Assembly: GCA_963707025.1 (NCBI GenBank)
Contig: CAVPOM010000009.1
Span: 192,001-256,000, forward strand
Direction: 5' to 3'
Source of the DNA: an uncultured Verrucomicrobiae bacterium
GTDB lineage: Bacteria > Verrucomicrobiota > Verrucomicrobiia > Limisphaerales > Palsa-1400
DNA: 64,000 nucleotides
Part shown: positions 40,668 through 50,623 of the stretch, piece after piece
Layout: every line of letters starts with the position of its first letter
How positions within the stretch are numbered: position 1 is the stretch's first letter
Notes under the pieces: generated by a model
Told to the model about the DNA's origin: nothing
Databases searched by the model: none
The model's input: only the letters and a program-made list of their open reading frames with translations
Position numbers and translations under genes: made by a program

Positions 40668-42701
40668 ATGAAAAGACATTCCCTATTATTGACATTGTGT
40701 TCGTTGCCGGTGCTTTTATCCGCCTGCCACGGCCCGCAGTCCGCCGCCCTGCCAACTCCGGCCCCCGCCCTGGCCCCCATTGATCCGCAAAAAGTCCGGG
40801 ACCAGCAGGACATGACCTGGGAGGACTATCGCCCGATTCCGGGGGTGGATTGGGCCGATCCTGCGCTCCAGCCCAAGCGCGGATTCAAAATGGCCCTGGT
40901 CGCGGTGGATTTCCCCGACCAGCCCTTCGTCATCACTCTGCCCAAGCATTCGGACCTTTTCGGCAACCCGCAGATTGACCCGGTGCCTCGCGAAAAAGTT
41001 CCCCAATTCTACGCCGATTTTTACAACAAGCCTTCCGCCGTCAACCACGGCCACACCATCAACGGCTACTGGATGGAGCAATCGCGCGGGCAGTTCGGCA
41101 TCACCCAGCTTGAGGCCTTTGGCCCCTACCGAATGCCCAAACACTTCTGGGAATACGGCCTCAATGAGATGGGCCAGAACATGGCCACCCCCACCGGCGA
41201 GCGGGCGAATGGCAATCTCGAACGCGACGCCGACGCCGCCTGGCAGGCTGACCAAGGAGCCAACATCTCCACCAACTACCGCCGCCCTTCTGGCGCCATC
41301 CTCCGCATCTACGCCGGCTACGACGAAACGGGAGTCTGGCAGGAATTCGGCGAAATGAAGTTCGAGACCCGCGACGACATCCCGGCGGCCTGGGGCAACC
41401 CCAATGCCAACCTGCCCCGCTGGGTCGTCAGCCGCTACGTCCCGTGGACTTCCTGGCTGGCCGGCGCGCAGCATTGGGGCCTTTCCAGCATCCGCCAGGG
41501 CGAAAACTCCGGCACCATCACCCACGAACTCGGCCATTACGCCTTCGGCATCGGTGACAACAATAATAATCCCTACGTCGAGCCTTATCGCCGGGTCGGC
41601 TCCGGCCCGTGGGACATGATGGATCGCGGCTCTTTCAACGGCCCCGGCGGACCGCACAGCCGCTGGGTCGTCCCGGCCACCCAGGGCGCCGCCATGCCGG
41701 CCGGGCTGATGCTGCGCAACAGAATCATCAACGGCTTCATCACCAATGGGCAGATTCTCCGCCTCAACCGCGACGGCCTGGCCCAATCCGGTCTGGCGGT
41801 CGCCACCGTCACCGCCCGGGCCGTTGCACCCAAACCCGGCGAACTGGCCGGCATCGTCGTCCTGCTGGATGGCGCCTCGCCCCATGACCGCACCCCGCCC
41901 GACGACGCCGCCACCAACGCCCTGTCCCCCGGCCGGCCACTCTACAACAACTACACCCTGGAAGTGGTCCAGCGCATCGGCTACGATTCCTTCTGCCCGG
42001 ACAGCGGGGTGCTGCTGGCCAAGAACAAGGACCGGGAAGGCACCTCCGGCGGCCCCAACGCCTTCAACCTCTTCAGTTGGGTGATTGACGCCCATCCCCA
42101 GGACATCAATATGATTGACTTCAAGCGGCCCAAGTCGGGCGCGCCCGTCATGCGCACCCTGGCCGACTACCGCCAGCTCAACGACGCCCTTTTCCACGCC
42201 GGCCTCAACTCCGGCAGCCAATACGAATGCGAGGACACCCCCAACCGCCTGCATTTTTATATAATTGACATCCTCCGGGACCCCCGGGGCATCCTCTCCT
42301 ACACCCTGGGCGTCCGTTCCCTCGACGGCTCCGGCCCGCAGACCCGCGGCGTGGCGGTGGAAGCTCCGGCTCCCCTCCGCCTGGCTGGCCCCGCCGCCGA
42401 CTGTGCGTTCCAGCTCCGCAACACCGGCGCTTTCGCCCTGAGCGCCGCCGGCCTCCATCCCCAGGATGCCACGCTTTTTTTGAACAACGACATTTACCGC
42501 CTGTCCGTCTCGGTGGAAGGGGCGGGCTGGACCGCCCAACTGCGCAACGCCCTGGCCGCCGTGGCTTTTGGCCAATCGGCCGCCGTGCCGGTCCAGGTCA
42601 CCCGCGCCGCCGGCGCCGCCGCCTCCGCCGTCGTCCGCCTGACCGCGCAATCCGAGAGCGACCCGGCCAAATCGGCCAGCGCCGCCTGCCGGGTCAGGTA
42701 A
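40668..42701 (+). CDS. M6-family (immune inhibitor A-like) metalloprotease lipoprotein
   Basis: Lipobox LLSAC; VDFPD; THELGHYAFGIGD zinc motif; WDMM Met-turn. Confidence 0.82.
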   Translation: MKRHSLLLTLCSLPVLLSACHGPQSAALPTPAPALAPIDPQKVRDQQDMTWEDYRPIPGVDWADPALQPKRGFKMALVAVDFPDQPFVITLPKHSDLFGNPQIDPVPREKVPQFYADFYNKPSAVNHGHTINGYWMEQSRGQFGITQLEAFGPYRMPKHFWEYGLNEMGQNMATPTGERANGNLERDADAAWQADQGANISTNYRRPSGAILRIYAGYDETGVWQEFGEMKFETRDDIPAAWGNPNANLPRWVVSRYVPWTSWLAGAQHWGLSSIRQGENSGTITHELGHYAFGIGDNNNNPYVEPYRRVGSGPWDMMDRGSFNGPGGPHSRWVVPATQGAAMPAGLMLRNRIINGFITNGQILRLNRDGLAQSGLAVATVTARAVAPKPGELAGIVVLLDGASPHDRTPPDDAATNALSPGRPLYNNYTLEVVQRIGYDSFCPDSGVLLAKNKDREGTSGGPNAFNLFSWVIDAHPQDINMIDFKRPKSGAPVMRTLADYRQLNDALFHAGLNSGSQYECEDTPNRLHFYIIDILRDPRGILSYTLGVRSLDGSGPQTRGVAVEAPAPLRLAGPAADCAFQLRNTGAFALSAAGLHPQDATLFLNNDIYRLSVSVEGAGWTAQLRNALAAVAFGQSAAVPVQVTRAAGAAASAVVRLTAQSESDPAKSASAACRVR

Positions 42702-44741
42702 CTGGCCGGGGGTCGGGCGGAAATCCGCCGATGGCGGCAGCGGGGGGGATTTGTTTTTCCTGCAAGGTGTCAAATACAGTTTCGGCCAGTTTGCGGGCGT
42801 GAAAGGGCTTCTGGATGAAGACGGCCCCCGTGGTGGGCCGAAAATCCCCGGCGAGCCGCCCGGTGTCGTAGCCGCTGGTGAAGATGACTTTGAGGTCCGG
42901 TCTTTCGGCCTGAAGGATTTTGGCCAGTTCCTGGCCGCCCATGCCGTCGGGCAAAACCAGATCGCTCAAGAGCAAGTCAATTTTCTTTTTGTGTTGCACC
43001 CAGAGGGCCAGGGCGGCGTGGCCGGTGGCGGAATCCAGGACTCTGTAGCCGTAACTTTCCAAAATATGGTGCATCAGCTTGAGCAGCGGCGCTTCGTCTT
43101 CGACCAACAAAATGGTTTGGGCGCCGCCAATGACCTTTTGCTCGCCGGAGGGCATGACCAGCGGAACGCTCTTTTCGTGCCACGCCGGAAAATAGACTTG
43201 GAAGGTGGCGCCTTCGTGGAGGCGGCTGGTCACCTGAATCCAGCCTTGATGCTGCTTGACAATGCCATAAACGGTGGCCAGGCCCAGGCCGGTGCCGCGC
43301 CCCAGTTCCTTGGTCGTGAAAAACGGCTCGAAGATGCGGCCCAAATTCTCCGGGGCAATGCCGCAGCCGGTGTCGCTGAAGGTGAGGCAGACGAACTGGC
43401 CGGGGGCGGCCTCGGGATTGAGCCGGGCCTGGGCCTCGTCCAGCTTGGCCGCCGAGGTGCGGATGAGGAGTTGACCCCCTTTGGGCATGGCATCGCGCGA
43501 GTTGACCGCCAGGTTCATCAGCACCTGTTCCAACATGCCCAGATCGGCCTTGATGGATGGGAGGCCGGGGGCAAAATCCACGCGCAAGGCAATATCCTCG
43601 CCCAAAATGCGCCGCAGCATTTTGCCGACATTGTTGACCACCTCGTTCAAATCAGCCACTTGCAGATGAAGTCCGTGTTTGCGGCTGAAGGTCATCAATT
43701 GGCGCGTCAGGTCGCTGGCCCGCTTGGTGGCTTCGGAGATTTCCTTGAGGGAGTCGGCCACCTTGGCGCTGGAGGGCGGCCCGGCCATGAGCATGCCCGC
43801 ATGCCCGCTGATCACGGTGAGCAGGTTGTTGAAATCGTGGGCAATGCCGCTGGCCAACTGCCCCACCGATTCCATCTTCTGCGCCTGGCGCAATTCCGCC
43901 TCCAGCCGGGTGCGCTCGGTCACGTCCATCACCATGGAAAGCCAGGCCTGGCGCGCCCCGATGGCCAGGCCATGCGAGGTGATTTCCACTTCCAAAAGAT
44001 TGCCGTCCTGGACGCGATGCCGCCAGACCCCGGAGTTGCCGGCGCGCGGCGCCAGGCTGGACAGCCGTTGGCGGAAGGCGGGGATGTCTTGCGGCAGCGC
44101 CAGGTCCAGGAGTGTCATGGCCAGGAAATTATCCCGGTTGTAACCATAGAGCTGCACGGCCGCTTCGTTGACGGCCAGGAAGGCGAAGGTGGTCCGATCG
44201 TAGGCATAAATGGGGATCGGATTGTTGTCAAACAACAGCCGGTACTGCTCCAGCGCGGCCCGGCGCGACGCTTCCGCCGCGGTCCGCAGGGCCTCGGTTT
44301 GTTCCAGGGCGAGCTGGGTGTGGAAGGCGGCGGTGGATTTTTGCGCCAGGAACCGGGTGAAATGGCGGGCCAGGACAGGGTCCAGGGGCTTTCTCAGGAA
44401 CAGGCAGCGGTCGCGGGAATCGAGGTTCACCGCCAGGTCCTCCTCCCAGGAATCGGCCGCGCCGGCGCAAACGATCACCTCCAGCAGCGGATTCTCCTCC
44501 CGCAGCCGGGCCAGGGTGTGCAGGCCGGCCCGGGCGGGGGGGGGCCCGGGGCGGCAAACAGCAGGGCGTAAGGACAGCCTTCGGCGCGGGCCTCGGCGGC
44601 ACAAATCAAAGCCTCGGCCCCCGTGCCGGCGCCATCAATTTCAAAGCGCCCCGCGCCGGAGACCAGGCTGTCGCGGACCTGCTGGAGCAAATCCGGGTCG
44701 TCGTCCATGACGAGGACATGGCAGGGTTGGTCATGTTTCAT
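42694..44741 (-). pseudogene. Hybrid kinase (degenerate REC-PAS-HisKA-HATPase-REC) frameshifted at a G9 tract (44536-44544)
   Basis: MKHDQPCHVLVMDDD...YALLFAAPG in one frame, ARAGLHTLARL...QKMESVGQLASGIAHDFNN in another; one added base gives 682 aa. Confidence 0.75.
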
Positions 44742-44925
44742 GGTTCTGCATGATTTGCCGGCGCCGCGGGCAAGGGACTCCCGGCCCCAAGGCATTGCGG
44801 TTGAACAGGCCATGAGAGTCGGTGCGGGTGGATTTGAGCAGGAAAGGCCCCTCCCGTTCAAGACAAATCTTGGCCGGACAGGGCCGGCCAAAGCGGCGGG
44901 GGAGCGGCAGTGTCCAATTTGTGGC

Positions 44926-44952
44926 TAAAGTCTTTTCCGGGCTTGCCGATAG
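44926..44952 (+). promoter_or_regulatory. Sigma-28 (FliA) promoter of fliC
   Basis: TAAA-N15-GCCGATAG vs consensus TAAA-N15-GCCGATAA. Confidence 0.88.
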
Positions 44953-45035
44953 CCAGTTAGTCGTAAGACATGGCGGTTGGCAGCCACAGAGAGCCAGACG
45001 GGAGACCGGCGGATGCCCGCAAGTAAAATCCGCCA

Positions 45036-45087
45036 CACGACATGGATGTCGTGGCAACACATGACCCCGCAAGGGGTGACTCAAGGA
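45036..45087 (+). promoter_or_regulatory. CsrA/RsmA-like sites in fliC leader
   Basis: Hairpin CACGACA-TGGA-TGTCGTG (45036-45053) and AAGGA at 45083-45087 near RBS. Confidence 0.6.
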
Positions 45088-45099
45088 AAGAGTTAGATT

Positions 45100-45903
45100 A
45101 TGGTAATTAATACAAACATAGCAGCCTTATCAAGTGCCAACAACCTGGACAACTCCACCAACGCGCTCAATGCGTCGCTGGCGCGCCTGTCATCCGGCTC
45201 CAAACTCGTCAACGCCTCGGATAATCCCGCCGGCTTGGCGCAATCCATGGAGTTGAGCATGCAGATCGCGGAAACCAACGCGGGCAACGCCAATGTCAGC
45301 GATGCCTTGTCCTACTCGCAAACGCAGGACGGCTATCTGCAGCAAGTCAGTTCCGCCCTCAACCAGATGGCCAGCCTGTCCGTCGCGGCGCAGGACCCGA
45401 CGTTGTCGCCGGATGCCGTGACCGCTTATCAATCCACGTTTGCGGCTCTGCAAACTTACATCACCGGCGTCCAGACCCAGACGTTCAATGGCGTGGCCCT
45501 GTTCGGCGCCACTTCGGCCCTGAGCGTGGCGACGGGCAACGGGAACTCCGTCAGCCTGACCGCGGTTGATCCGGCCACTGACCTGGCTGGCGCCACCGCC
45601 ACCATCAAAGTGGATACCGCCACTGATGCCGCCGCCGCCTCGACGGCTGTGGCCACGGCCATCACGAATCTGGCCGCGGAACGTGCCGCGATCGGCGCGA
45701 ACGAGCAGGCCTTGACCTTCACCGGCCAGACCCTCGGCGTCCTGAGCACCAATCTGTCGGCTGCCAAAAGCACCCTCTCGGATGTGGATGTCGCCCAGGA
45801 GAGCACCAACTACGCCAAGGAGCAAATCCTCGTGCAGTCCGGCACGGCGATGTTGGCCCAGGCGAACGCCAACCCGCAATCCATTCTCAAGCTGCTCGCC
45901 TAA
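45100..45903 (+). CDS. fliC: Flagellin
   Basis: MVINTNIAAL, SLARLSSG, AERAAIGA, DVDVAQEST, QSGTAMLAQAN; 267 aa. Confidence 0.96.
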   Translation: MVINTNIAALSSANNLDNSTNALNASLARLSSGSKLVNASDNPAGLAQSMELSMQIAETNAGNANVSDALSYSQTQDGYLQQVSSALNQMASLSVAAQDPTLSPDAVTAYQSTFAALQTYITGVQTQTFNGVALFGATSALSVATGNGNSVSLTAVDPATDLAGATATIKVDTATDAAAASTAVATAITNLAAERAAIGANEQALTFTGQTLGVLSTNLSAAKSTLSDVDVAQESTNYAKEQILVQSGTAMLAQANANPQSILKLLA

Positions 45904-45930
45904 GGAGCGCTGACTGATGCGGTAGTTTCG

Positions 45931-45958
45931 ACCCGGGCGGCGTTCGCGCCGCCCGGGT
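45931..45958 (+). terminator. Strong stem-loop between fliC and fliD (no U-tract)
   Basis: ACCCGGGCGGCG-TTCG-CGCCGCCCGGGT, perfect 12-bp stem. Confidence 0.6.
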
Positions 45959-46007
45959 GAATTCGCTTGAAAGATGAGACGGGAGACGCGCCAACGAAAG
46001 TAAAATT

Positions 46008-47792
46008 ATGTCTGTAGCAGTCACCGCCAGCAGCAATGCTCCGGTCTTGTCCGGCCTGGCCTCCGGGATGGACTGGACCTCGATCATCAACGAGATGGTG
46101 TCGATCCAAGAGGCGCCGGAGACGCTGATGAAGGCGCAACAAACCACCCTGGCAGCGCAGAAGGCCTCCTACACGACCATCGGAACAGACCTGGCGACAT
46201 TGCAGACCGACGTGGCCACGTTGATGGACCCGACTTTCTTCAGCAGCCGCACGGCTTCCGCCGCCAATGCCTTGGTGGCCAGCGCCACCGCCGCCACCGG
46301 CACTCCGCTGGGCAGCTACCTCTTCAAAATTACGCAACTGGCGGCCGCCGCCTCCTGGCAGGGCGCCGCCGCGGCGGTCAATCCCCTCAGCACCACCAGT
46401 AGTCTGGCCGGCGTGACGGTGGGCAATGCCGGGTTCGCCACCCCCCTGACGGCCGGGACTTTCACGGTCAACGGCAAGCAAATTACCATCGCCACCACCG
46501 ACACCCTGCAATCCGTTCTCACCCAAATCAACACCGACACCGGCCTGACCGCCAGTTACAACCCCGCGACGGATGAAATCACCCTGAGCGGCGCCAGCCC
46601 CATTGTTTTGGGCAACGCCAAGGACACGAGCAATTTTCTCCAGGTCGCCCAGCTTTACAACAACGGCGGCGGCACCATCACCAGCGCCTCGCCCCTGGGG
46701 GGCATCAATTTGGAAAACGTTCTCTCCTCCTCCAACCTGGCCACGGCCATCAACGATGGCGGCAGCGGCAACGGGCAGTTCCTCATCAACGGTGTGGCCA
46801 TAGATTTCAACGCCTCCACCGACACGATCAACAGTGTCCTGCAGAAGATCAACGACTCCACCGCCGGCGTGACCGCCACTTACGACGCCTCCAACAAACA
46901 GTTCCAACTGACCAACACCACCACCGGCGACGTGGGCATGACTCTGCAGGACGTGACCGGCAATTTTCTGGCGGCGACCGGCCTGTCCGCCGGCGCCTTG
47001 CAGCGCGGAACCAATTTGCAGTACAGCGTCAACGGGGGCGGCACCCTGACCAGCGAGAGCAACACCATTAATTCCAGCACCTCCGGCATCACCGGCTTGT
47101 CGGTGACGGCGCTGGCCGTGGGCAGCACGGCCGTGACGGTGCAAAGCGACACTGCCACCATCGCCACCGCCATCACCAGCTTTGCCACCGACTACAATGC
47201 CGTGCAGAACTATATCAGCACCCAGACGGCCGCCACGGCCAGCTCCACCGGCACCGTCACCGCCGGCACACTGACCGGCGACATGAACGTGGAAGGGCTC
47301 GCCACCGAGTTGCGCCAGTTGACCGATGCCGCGCCCGGCACGGTGGGAAACGCGCCGGACCTCAACGCCCTGGGGGTTGCCTCCAACGGCAAGGACAACA
47401 CCCTGGCGGTCAACTCGACCACCCTGGACGCGGCCCTGGCCGGCAACCTGGGGGCGGTGCAACAGTTGTTCACCGATCCGACCCACGGGCTGGCCACGAC
47501 GTTGAACAAGTACTTGAACAACACCACCGGCCTCAAAGGGGTGCTGGCCACCCAGGAAGCCTCCTTCACCCAGCAATCCAAGGACATCGGCGCGAGCATC
47601 ACCGCCCTGCAGAGCCGGATTACCCAGAATGAAACCACTCTGCAGAACGAATTCGTGGCCATGGAAACGGCCATCAACACGATCAACGCCCAGAAACAAT
47701 ACTTGACAGATTTCTTCAACGAGCCGGTCTCCACCAGCGCCGCGCCGACCACGGCCAACAGCTCCACCGGCTCCTCCTCCTCCGGCGGCTAA
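46008..47792 (+). CDS. fliD: Flagellar filament cap protein
   Basis: SGLASGMDWTSII, ITQLA, FATDYN, LQNEFVAMETAI. Confidence 0.92.
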   Translation: MSVAVTASSNAPVLSGLASGMDWTSIINEMVSIQEAPETLMKAQQTTLAAQKASYTTIGTDLATLQTDVATLMDPTFFSSRTASAANALVASATAATGTPLGSYLFKITQLAAAASWQGAAAAVNPLSTTSSLAGVTVGNAGFATPLTAGTFTVNGKQITIATTDTLQSVLTQINTDTGLTASYNPATDEITLSGASPIVLGNAKDTSNFLQVAQLYNNGGGTITSASPLGGINLENVLSSSNLATAINDGGSGNGQFLINGVAIDFNASTDTINSVLQKINDSTAGVTATYDASNKQFQLTNTTTGDVGMTLQDVTGNFLAATGLSAGALQRGTNLQYSVNGGGTLTSESNTINSSTSGITGLSVTALAVGSTAVTVQSDTATIATAITSFATDYNAVQNYISTQTAATASSTGTVTAGTLTGDMNVEGLATELRQLTDAAPGTVGNAPDLNALGVASNGKDNTLAVNSTTLDAALAGNLGAVQQLFTDPTHGLATTLNKYLNNTTGLKGVLATQEASFTQQSKDIGASITALQSRITQNETTLQNEFVAMETAINTINAQKQYLTDFFNEPVSTSAAPTTANSSTGSSSSGG

Positions 47793-47800
47793 TCCCGGCT

Positions 47801-47827
47801 TTAGCCGGCGGGTGATTTGACCGATAA
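47801..47827 (+). promoter_or_regulatory. Weak sigma-28 promoter candidate
   Basis: TTAG-N15-ACCGATAA, ending 6 nt before ATG 47834. Confidence 0.4.
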
Positions 47828-47833
47828 AAGATC

Positions 47834-48463
47834 ATGTCGAGCATTTTCAACAAGCAGGCCAAGCCCCCCTTCCGCGTGGATTTAGACGACGAAATCACCG
47901 CCTGGCCCGGCAGCAGCCTGCAATCCTTGTCCGCGATCTTTGTCCACCTGGAAAAAATGGCGGTGCGCCAAAACCGCGGGGCCAGCTCGATCTGGGAAAA
48001 CGAAAGCGTGGCCAAACTGCATGAATTGCTCTCCGGCAGCCAGTTGCTGGAACCCGGTCCGCATGGCGGCCTGCGCTACCGCGATCTGGGCCGCCAGATC
48101 ATTGAAACGGCCCAGGCCCAGGTGCAGGTCTTGCAAAACCGCGCCCACGAGGTGCAATCGCTCCTCCTCATCAACGACTGGCCGGTGGCCAAACGGCTCT
48201 GGCTGGCCTTGCAGGCCGAGTGCCGCACGCCCCTCTACGAATTGAACTTTCTGGAAGATTTGTGGGGCTTCGATCCTCTCCAGCGGGGGGCCAGTTCCCG
48301 CCATCGCCGCCAGTTCGTTCTCATCCAGGCCGAGGTGCGAATGCTCCTGGCGCGCCAGGAAAGCCTGCTCGATCTCTCCAACACCTTGGAACGAGATTTG
48401 GGTTGCTGGCTGACCCATTTTGGCAAGATACTGCAAGACCTCGATGAACAGAGCCTGGCTTGA
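47834..48463 (+). CDS. Hypothetical helical protein in flagellar locus
   Basis: 209-aa ORF filling the gap after fliD; no motif recognised. Confidence 0.7.
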   Translation: MSSIFNKQAKPPFRVDLDDEITAWPGSSLQSLSAIFVHLEKMAVRQNRGASSIWENESVAKLHELLSGSQLLEPGPHGGLRYRDLGRQIIETAQAQVQVLQNRAHEVQSLLLINDWPVAKRLWLALQAECRTPLYELNFLEDLWGFDPLQRGASSRHRRQFVLIQAEVRMLLARQESLLDLSNTLERDLGCWLTHFGKILQDLDEQSLA

Positions 48464-48572
48464 GCTAATGCGGACATTTCATAACCGCTTCCGAACCCGG
48501 TGGACGCCACAGGCGGCCCGCCCTGCCTTGGCTGCGCCGCGCCGAAGGGACCGGTGGCATCTGGATGCTTTG

Positions 48573-49239
48573 GTGAACCGGGCGTGGCAAACCCTGCGGC
48601 TGTGGCCGCTCCTGCTGGCGGCGGGTTGCGCCAGCCACTCGTTTGAACGTCACCCACGTGGCCGACATTCGTTACAAGCCCAGCAACGTCTATCTGAAAA
48701 GCAAGTTTCTGGCCCCCGATCTCAAGCGCGTCGCGCTCCTGCCCATCACCACCGTATCCTCCACCGAAACTTTTATTGCCGGCGCGCAACTGCTGCAGCC
48801 GCTGGTCGGGGCCGAACTGGAAAAAGTCAAACGATTTGAGCTGGTCATCATCTCCCCGGAACAACTGCGGCAATGGACCGGGCAGACGGCCTGGCGGGAT
48901 GATGAAGCGCTGCCGCCGGACTTCTTCAACCGGCTGCGCGAAGGCTGCGGCTGCGATGCCGTTTTCTTCACCCAATTGACCCGCTACTACCCTTACCAGC
49001 CGGTGGCGGTGGGCTGGAAAATGTCCCTGGTGGAAGTCCTGGGTGGTCAAATCGTCTGGAAAGCCGATGAATTGTTCGACGCCGGCGACACCATCGTGGC
49101 CAATGCGGCGCGCTACTATTCCGGCCAGCACGTGCATATTGAAGGACCGGCGGAGGACCCCGCCGCCATCCTGGGATCGCCCAGCCGCTTTGGCCAATAC
49201 AGCCTGAGCGCCATTCTGGCCACGTTGCCGGAGCGATGA
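48573..49239 (+). pseudogene. Putative lipoprotein, frameshifted just after the lipobox
   Basis: VNRAWQTLRLWPLLLAAGC (Cys 48627) in one frame, LNVTHVADI...KRVALLP... in +1 frame; removing one T at 48642-48644 joins them; start could be ATG 48468. Confidence 0.65.
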
Positions 49240-49256
49240 TGGGCCGGTTTTTGGCC

Positions 49257-49283
49257 TAAAGTTTTTATGTGACTGGCCGATAT
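49257..49283 (+). promoter_or_regulatory. Sigma-28 promoter of flgM-like/fliS operon
   Basis: TAAA-N15-GCCGATAT. Confidence 0.85.
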
Positions 49284-49337
49284 AGTGAGAGGGATGAAGC
49301 GGGGTGAGATGCGTGGTTTTAAAGATTGTGTAACGAT

Positions 49338-49607
49338 ATGGAAGTGAATACGAATTTCAGCGCCGGCGGCGTGGGCGGCATTACTCCCCAAAAACCGGCC
49401 GCCCCCGCGGCCAAAACCGCGGCGGCGCCCGATGCCTTTGCCAGTTCCTATGCCCTGGACCGCGCTGTCAAGAATCTCCCTGCCAGCCGCCCGGAAGCGG
49501 TCGTCCAGGCCAAGGCCCTGGCGGCCGATCCCAATTACCCGTCGGCCGACATCCTCCGCCAAGTCTCCGGCCTGCTGGCCGAGCGCCTGACTTCGGGGAG
49601 CGAGTAA
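49338..49607 (+). CDS. FlgM-like anti-sigma-28 factor
   Basis: 89 aa, Ala/Pro-rich N-half, C-half SRPEAVVQAKALAADPNYP; sigma-28 promoter upstream. Confidence 0.6.
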   Translation: MEVNTNFSAGGVGGITPQKPAAPAAKTAAAPDAFASSYALDRAVKNLPASRPEAVVQAKALAADPNYPSADILRQVSGLLAERLTSGSE

Positions 49608-49620
49608 ACCTGCCCGCACC

Positions 49621-50268
49621 ATGCCCATGCAACGCGCCAAACCCTGGGACTCCTATCGCCGAGTCGCCACCCAAACCGCCAGTCCCGCCCATCTGGTCCT
49701 CATGCTCTATGATGGGGCCATCAGCTTTCTGGAACGGGCCCTGGCCGGATTCGACGGCACCGACCCGGCCCAGGTCAACCAGGCCATCAACAATAATATT
49801 GTGCGGGCCCAGGCCATCATTTACGAAATGAACGCCGCCCTCAACATGGAGGCGGGCGGGGAAATCGCGGTCAACTTCCGCCGCCTCTACAACTATTTTC
49901 ACACCCGCCTGCGCGAGGGCAACTTCAAAAAGCAAAAGGAGCCGGTCCAGGAAATCCTCCTGCGCCTGCGGGTCCTGCGCGACAGTTGGGCTGAAATAAT
50001 CCGCCAAGGGCCGCCCCGCGACCGCGGGACGGCCGGCCCGAGACACCGGCGGCGAAAGCGCCCGGCCGTCCTTCCAAGCCGTGGCCGCCTGATCCATGAC
50101 CCCGCGAGAGCACATGGCCCGCCTTTTACAGCAATGGCAGCAGATGACCCGCGCCGAGTCGGCCGCCATCCAGGCCGCCGCCTGGCCCAAACTGCGCGAG
50201 ATTCAGTCGCGCAAAGCCTCTCTCCGGCAACCCTTGGACGAAGCTTTCCGGCAATGGAAAGCCAGTGA
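49621..50268 (+). CDS. fliS: Flagellin export chaperone FliS (tail probably frameshift-extended; likely true stop 50092)
   Basis: SYRRVATQTASPAHLVLMLYDGAISFL, LNMEAGGEIAVNFRRLYNY, LRDSW. Confidence 0.9.
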   Translation: MPMQRAKPWDSYRRVATQTASPAHLVLMLYDGAISFLERALAGFDGTDPAQVNQAINNNIVRAQAIIYEMNAALNMEAGGEIAVNFRRLYNYFHTRLREGNFKKQKEPVQEILLRLRVLRDSWAEIIRQGPPRDRGTAGPRHRRRKRPAVLPSRGRLIHDPARAHGPPFTAMAADDPRRVGRHPGRRLAQTARDSVAQSLSPATLGRSFPAMESQ

Positions 50269-50488
50269 GCCGGCCGGATCCAGCGCCGCCGCCGGCGGCC
50301 TCCCCTTTCGCGCCCAAGTGGCCCGGCTCATCGCCTTGGAGGCGCACAACGCCCGGCTCCTGGCCTTGCGCCGGGAAAAGGCGCGCGAACAACAGCTTCA
50401 TCTGGAGCGCGCCGCCCATAACCTGCGCAACCTGCGCCGTTCCTACGCCCCGCCCTCCCCGCCCGCCGGCTGGAACTCCTACTCTTGA
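50096..50488 (+). CDS. FliT/FlgN-like helical chaperone
   Basis: 130-aa helical ORF after fliS; ESAAIQAAAWPKLREIQSRK pattern. Confidence 0.5.
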   Translation: MTPREHMARLLQQWQQMTRAESAAIQAAAWPKLREIQSRKASLRQPLDEAFRQWKASEPAGSSAAAGGLPFRAQVARLIALEAHNARLLALRREKAREQQLHLERAAHNLRNLRRSYAPPSPPAGWNSYS

Positions 50489-50623
50489 AGCGGACCAGGG
50501 TTTTGCACCGGCGGCATTGGCAAATCGCGGGGTGCCGGCATCAAGCTGCTCCCGGCCTTAAGCGGGGATTTTGGGATCAAACGCCAGGTTGCCAAGCCAG
50601 CCCGGACCGTTACAATTGAAGGA

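Noticed and set aside
37876..42773. 895-aa and 685-aa minus-strand ORFs
   Set aside because: Antisense to DUF5695 and M6 protease genes
44960..45099. c-di-GMP riboswitch in the fliC leader
   Set aside because: Could not see the conserved class I or class II core motifs; an Infernal search would be decisive
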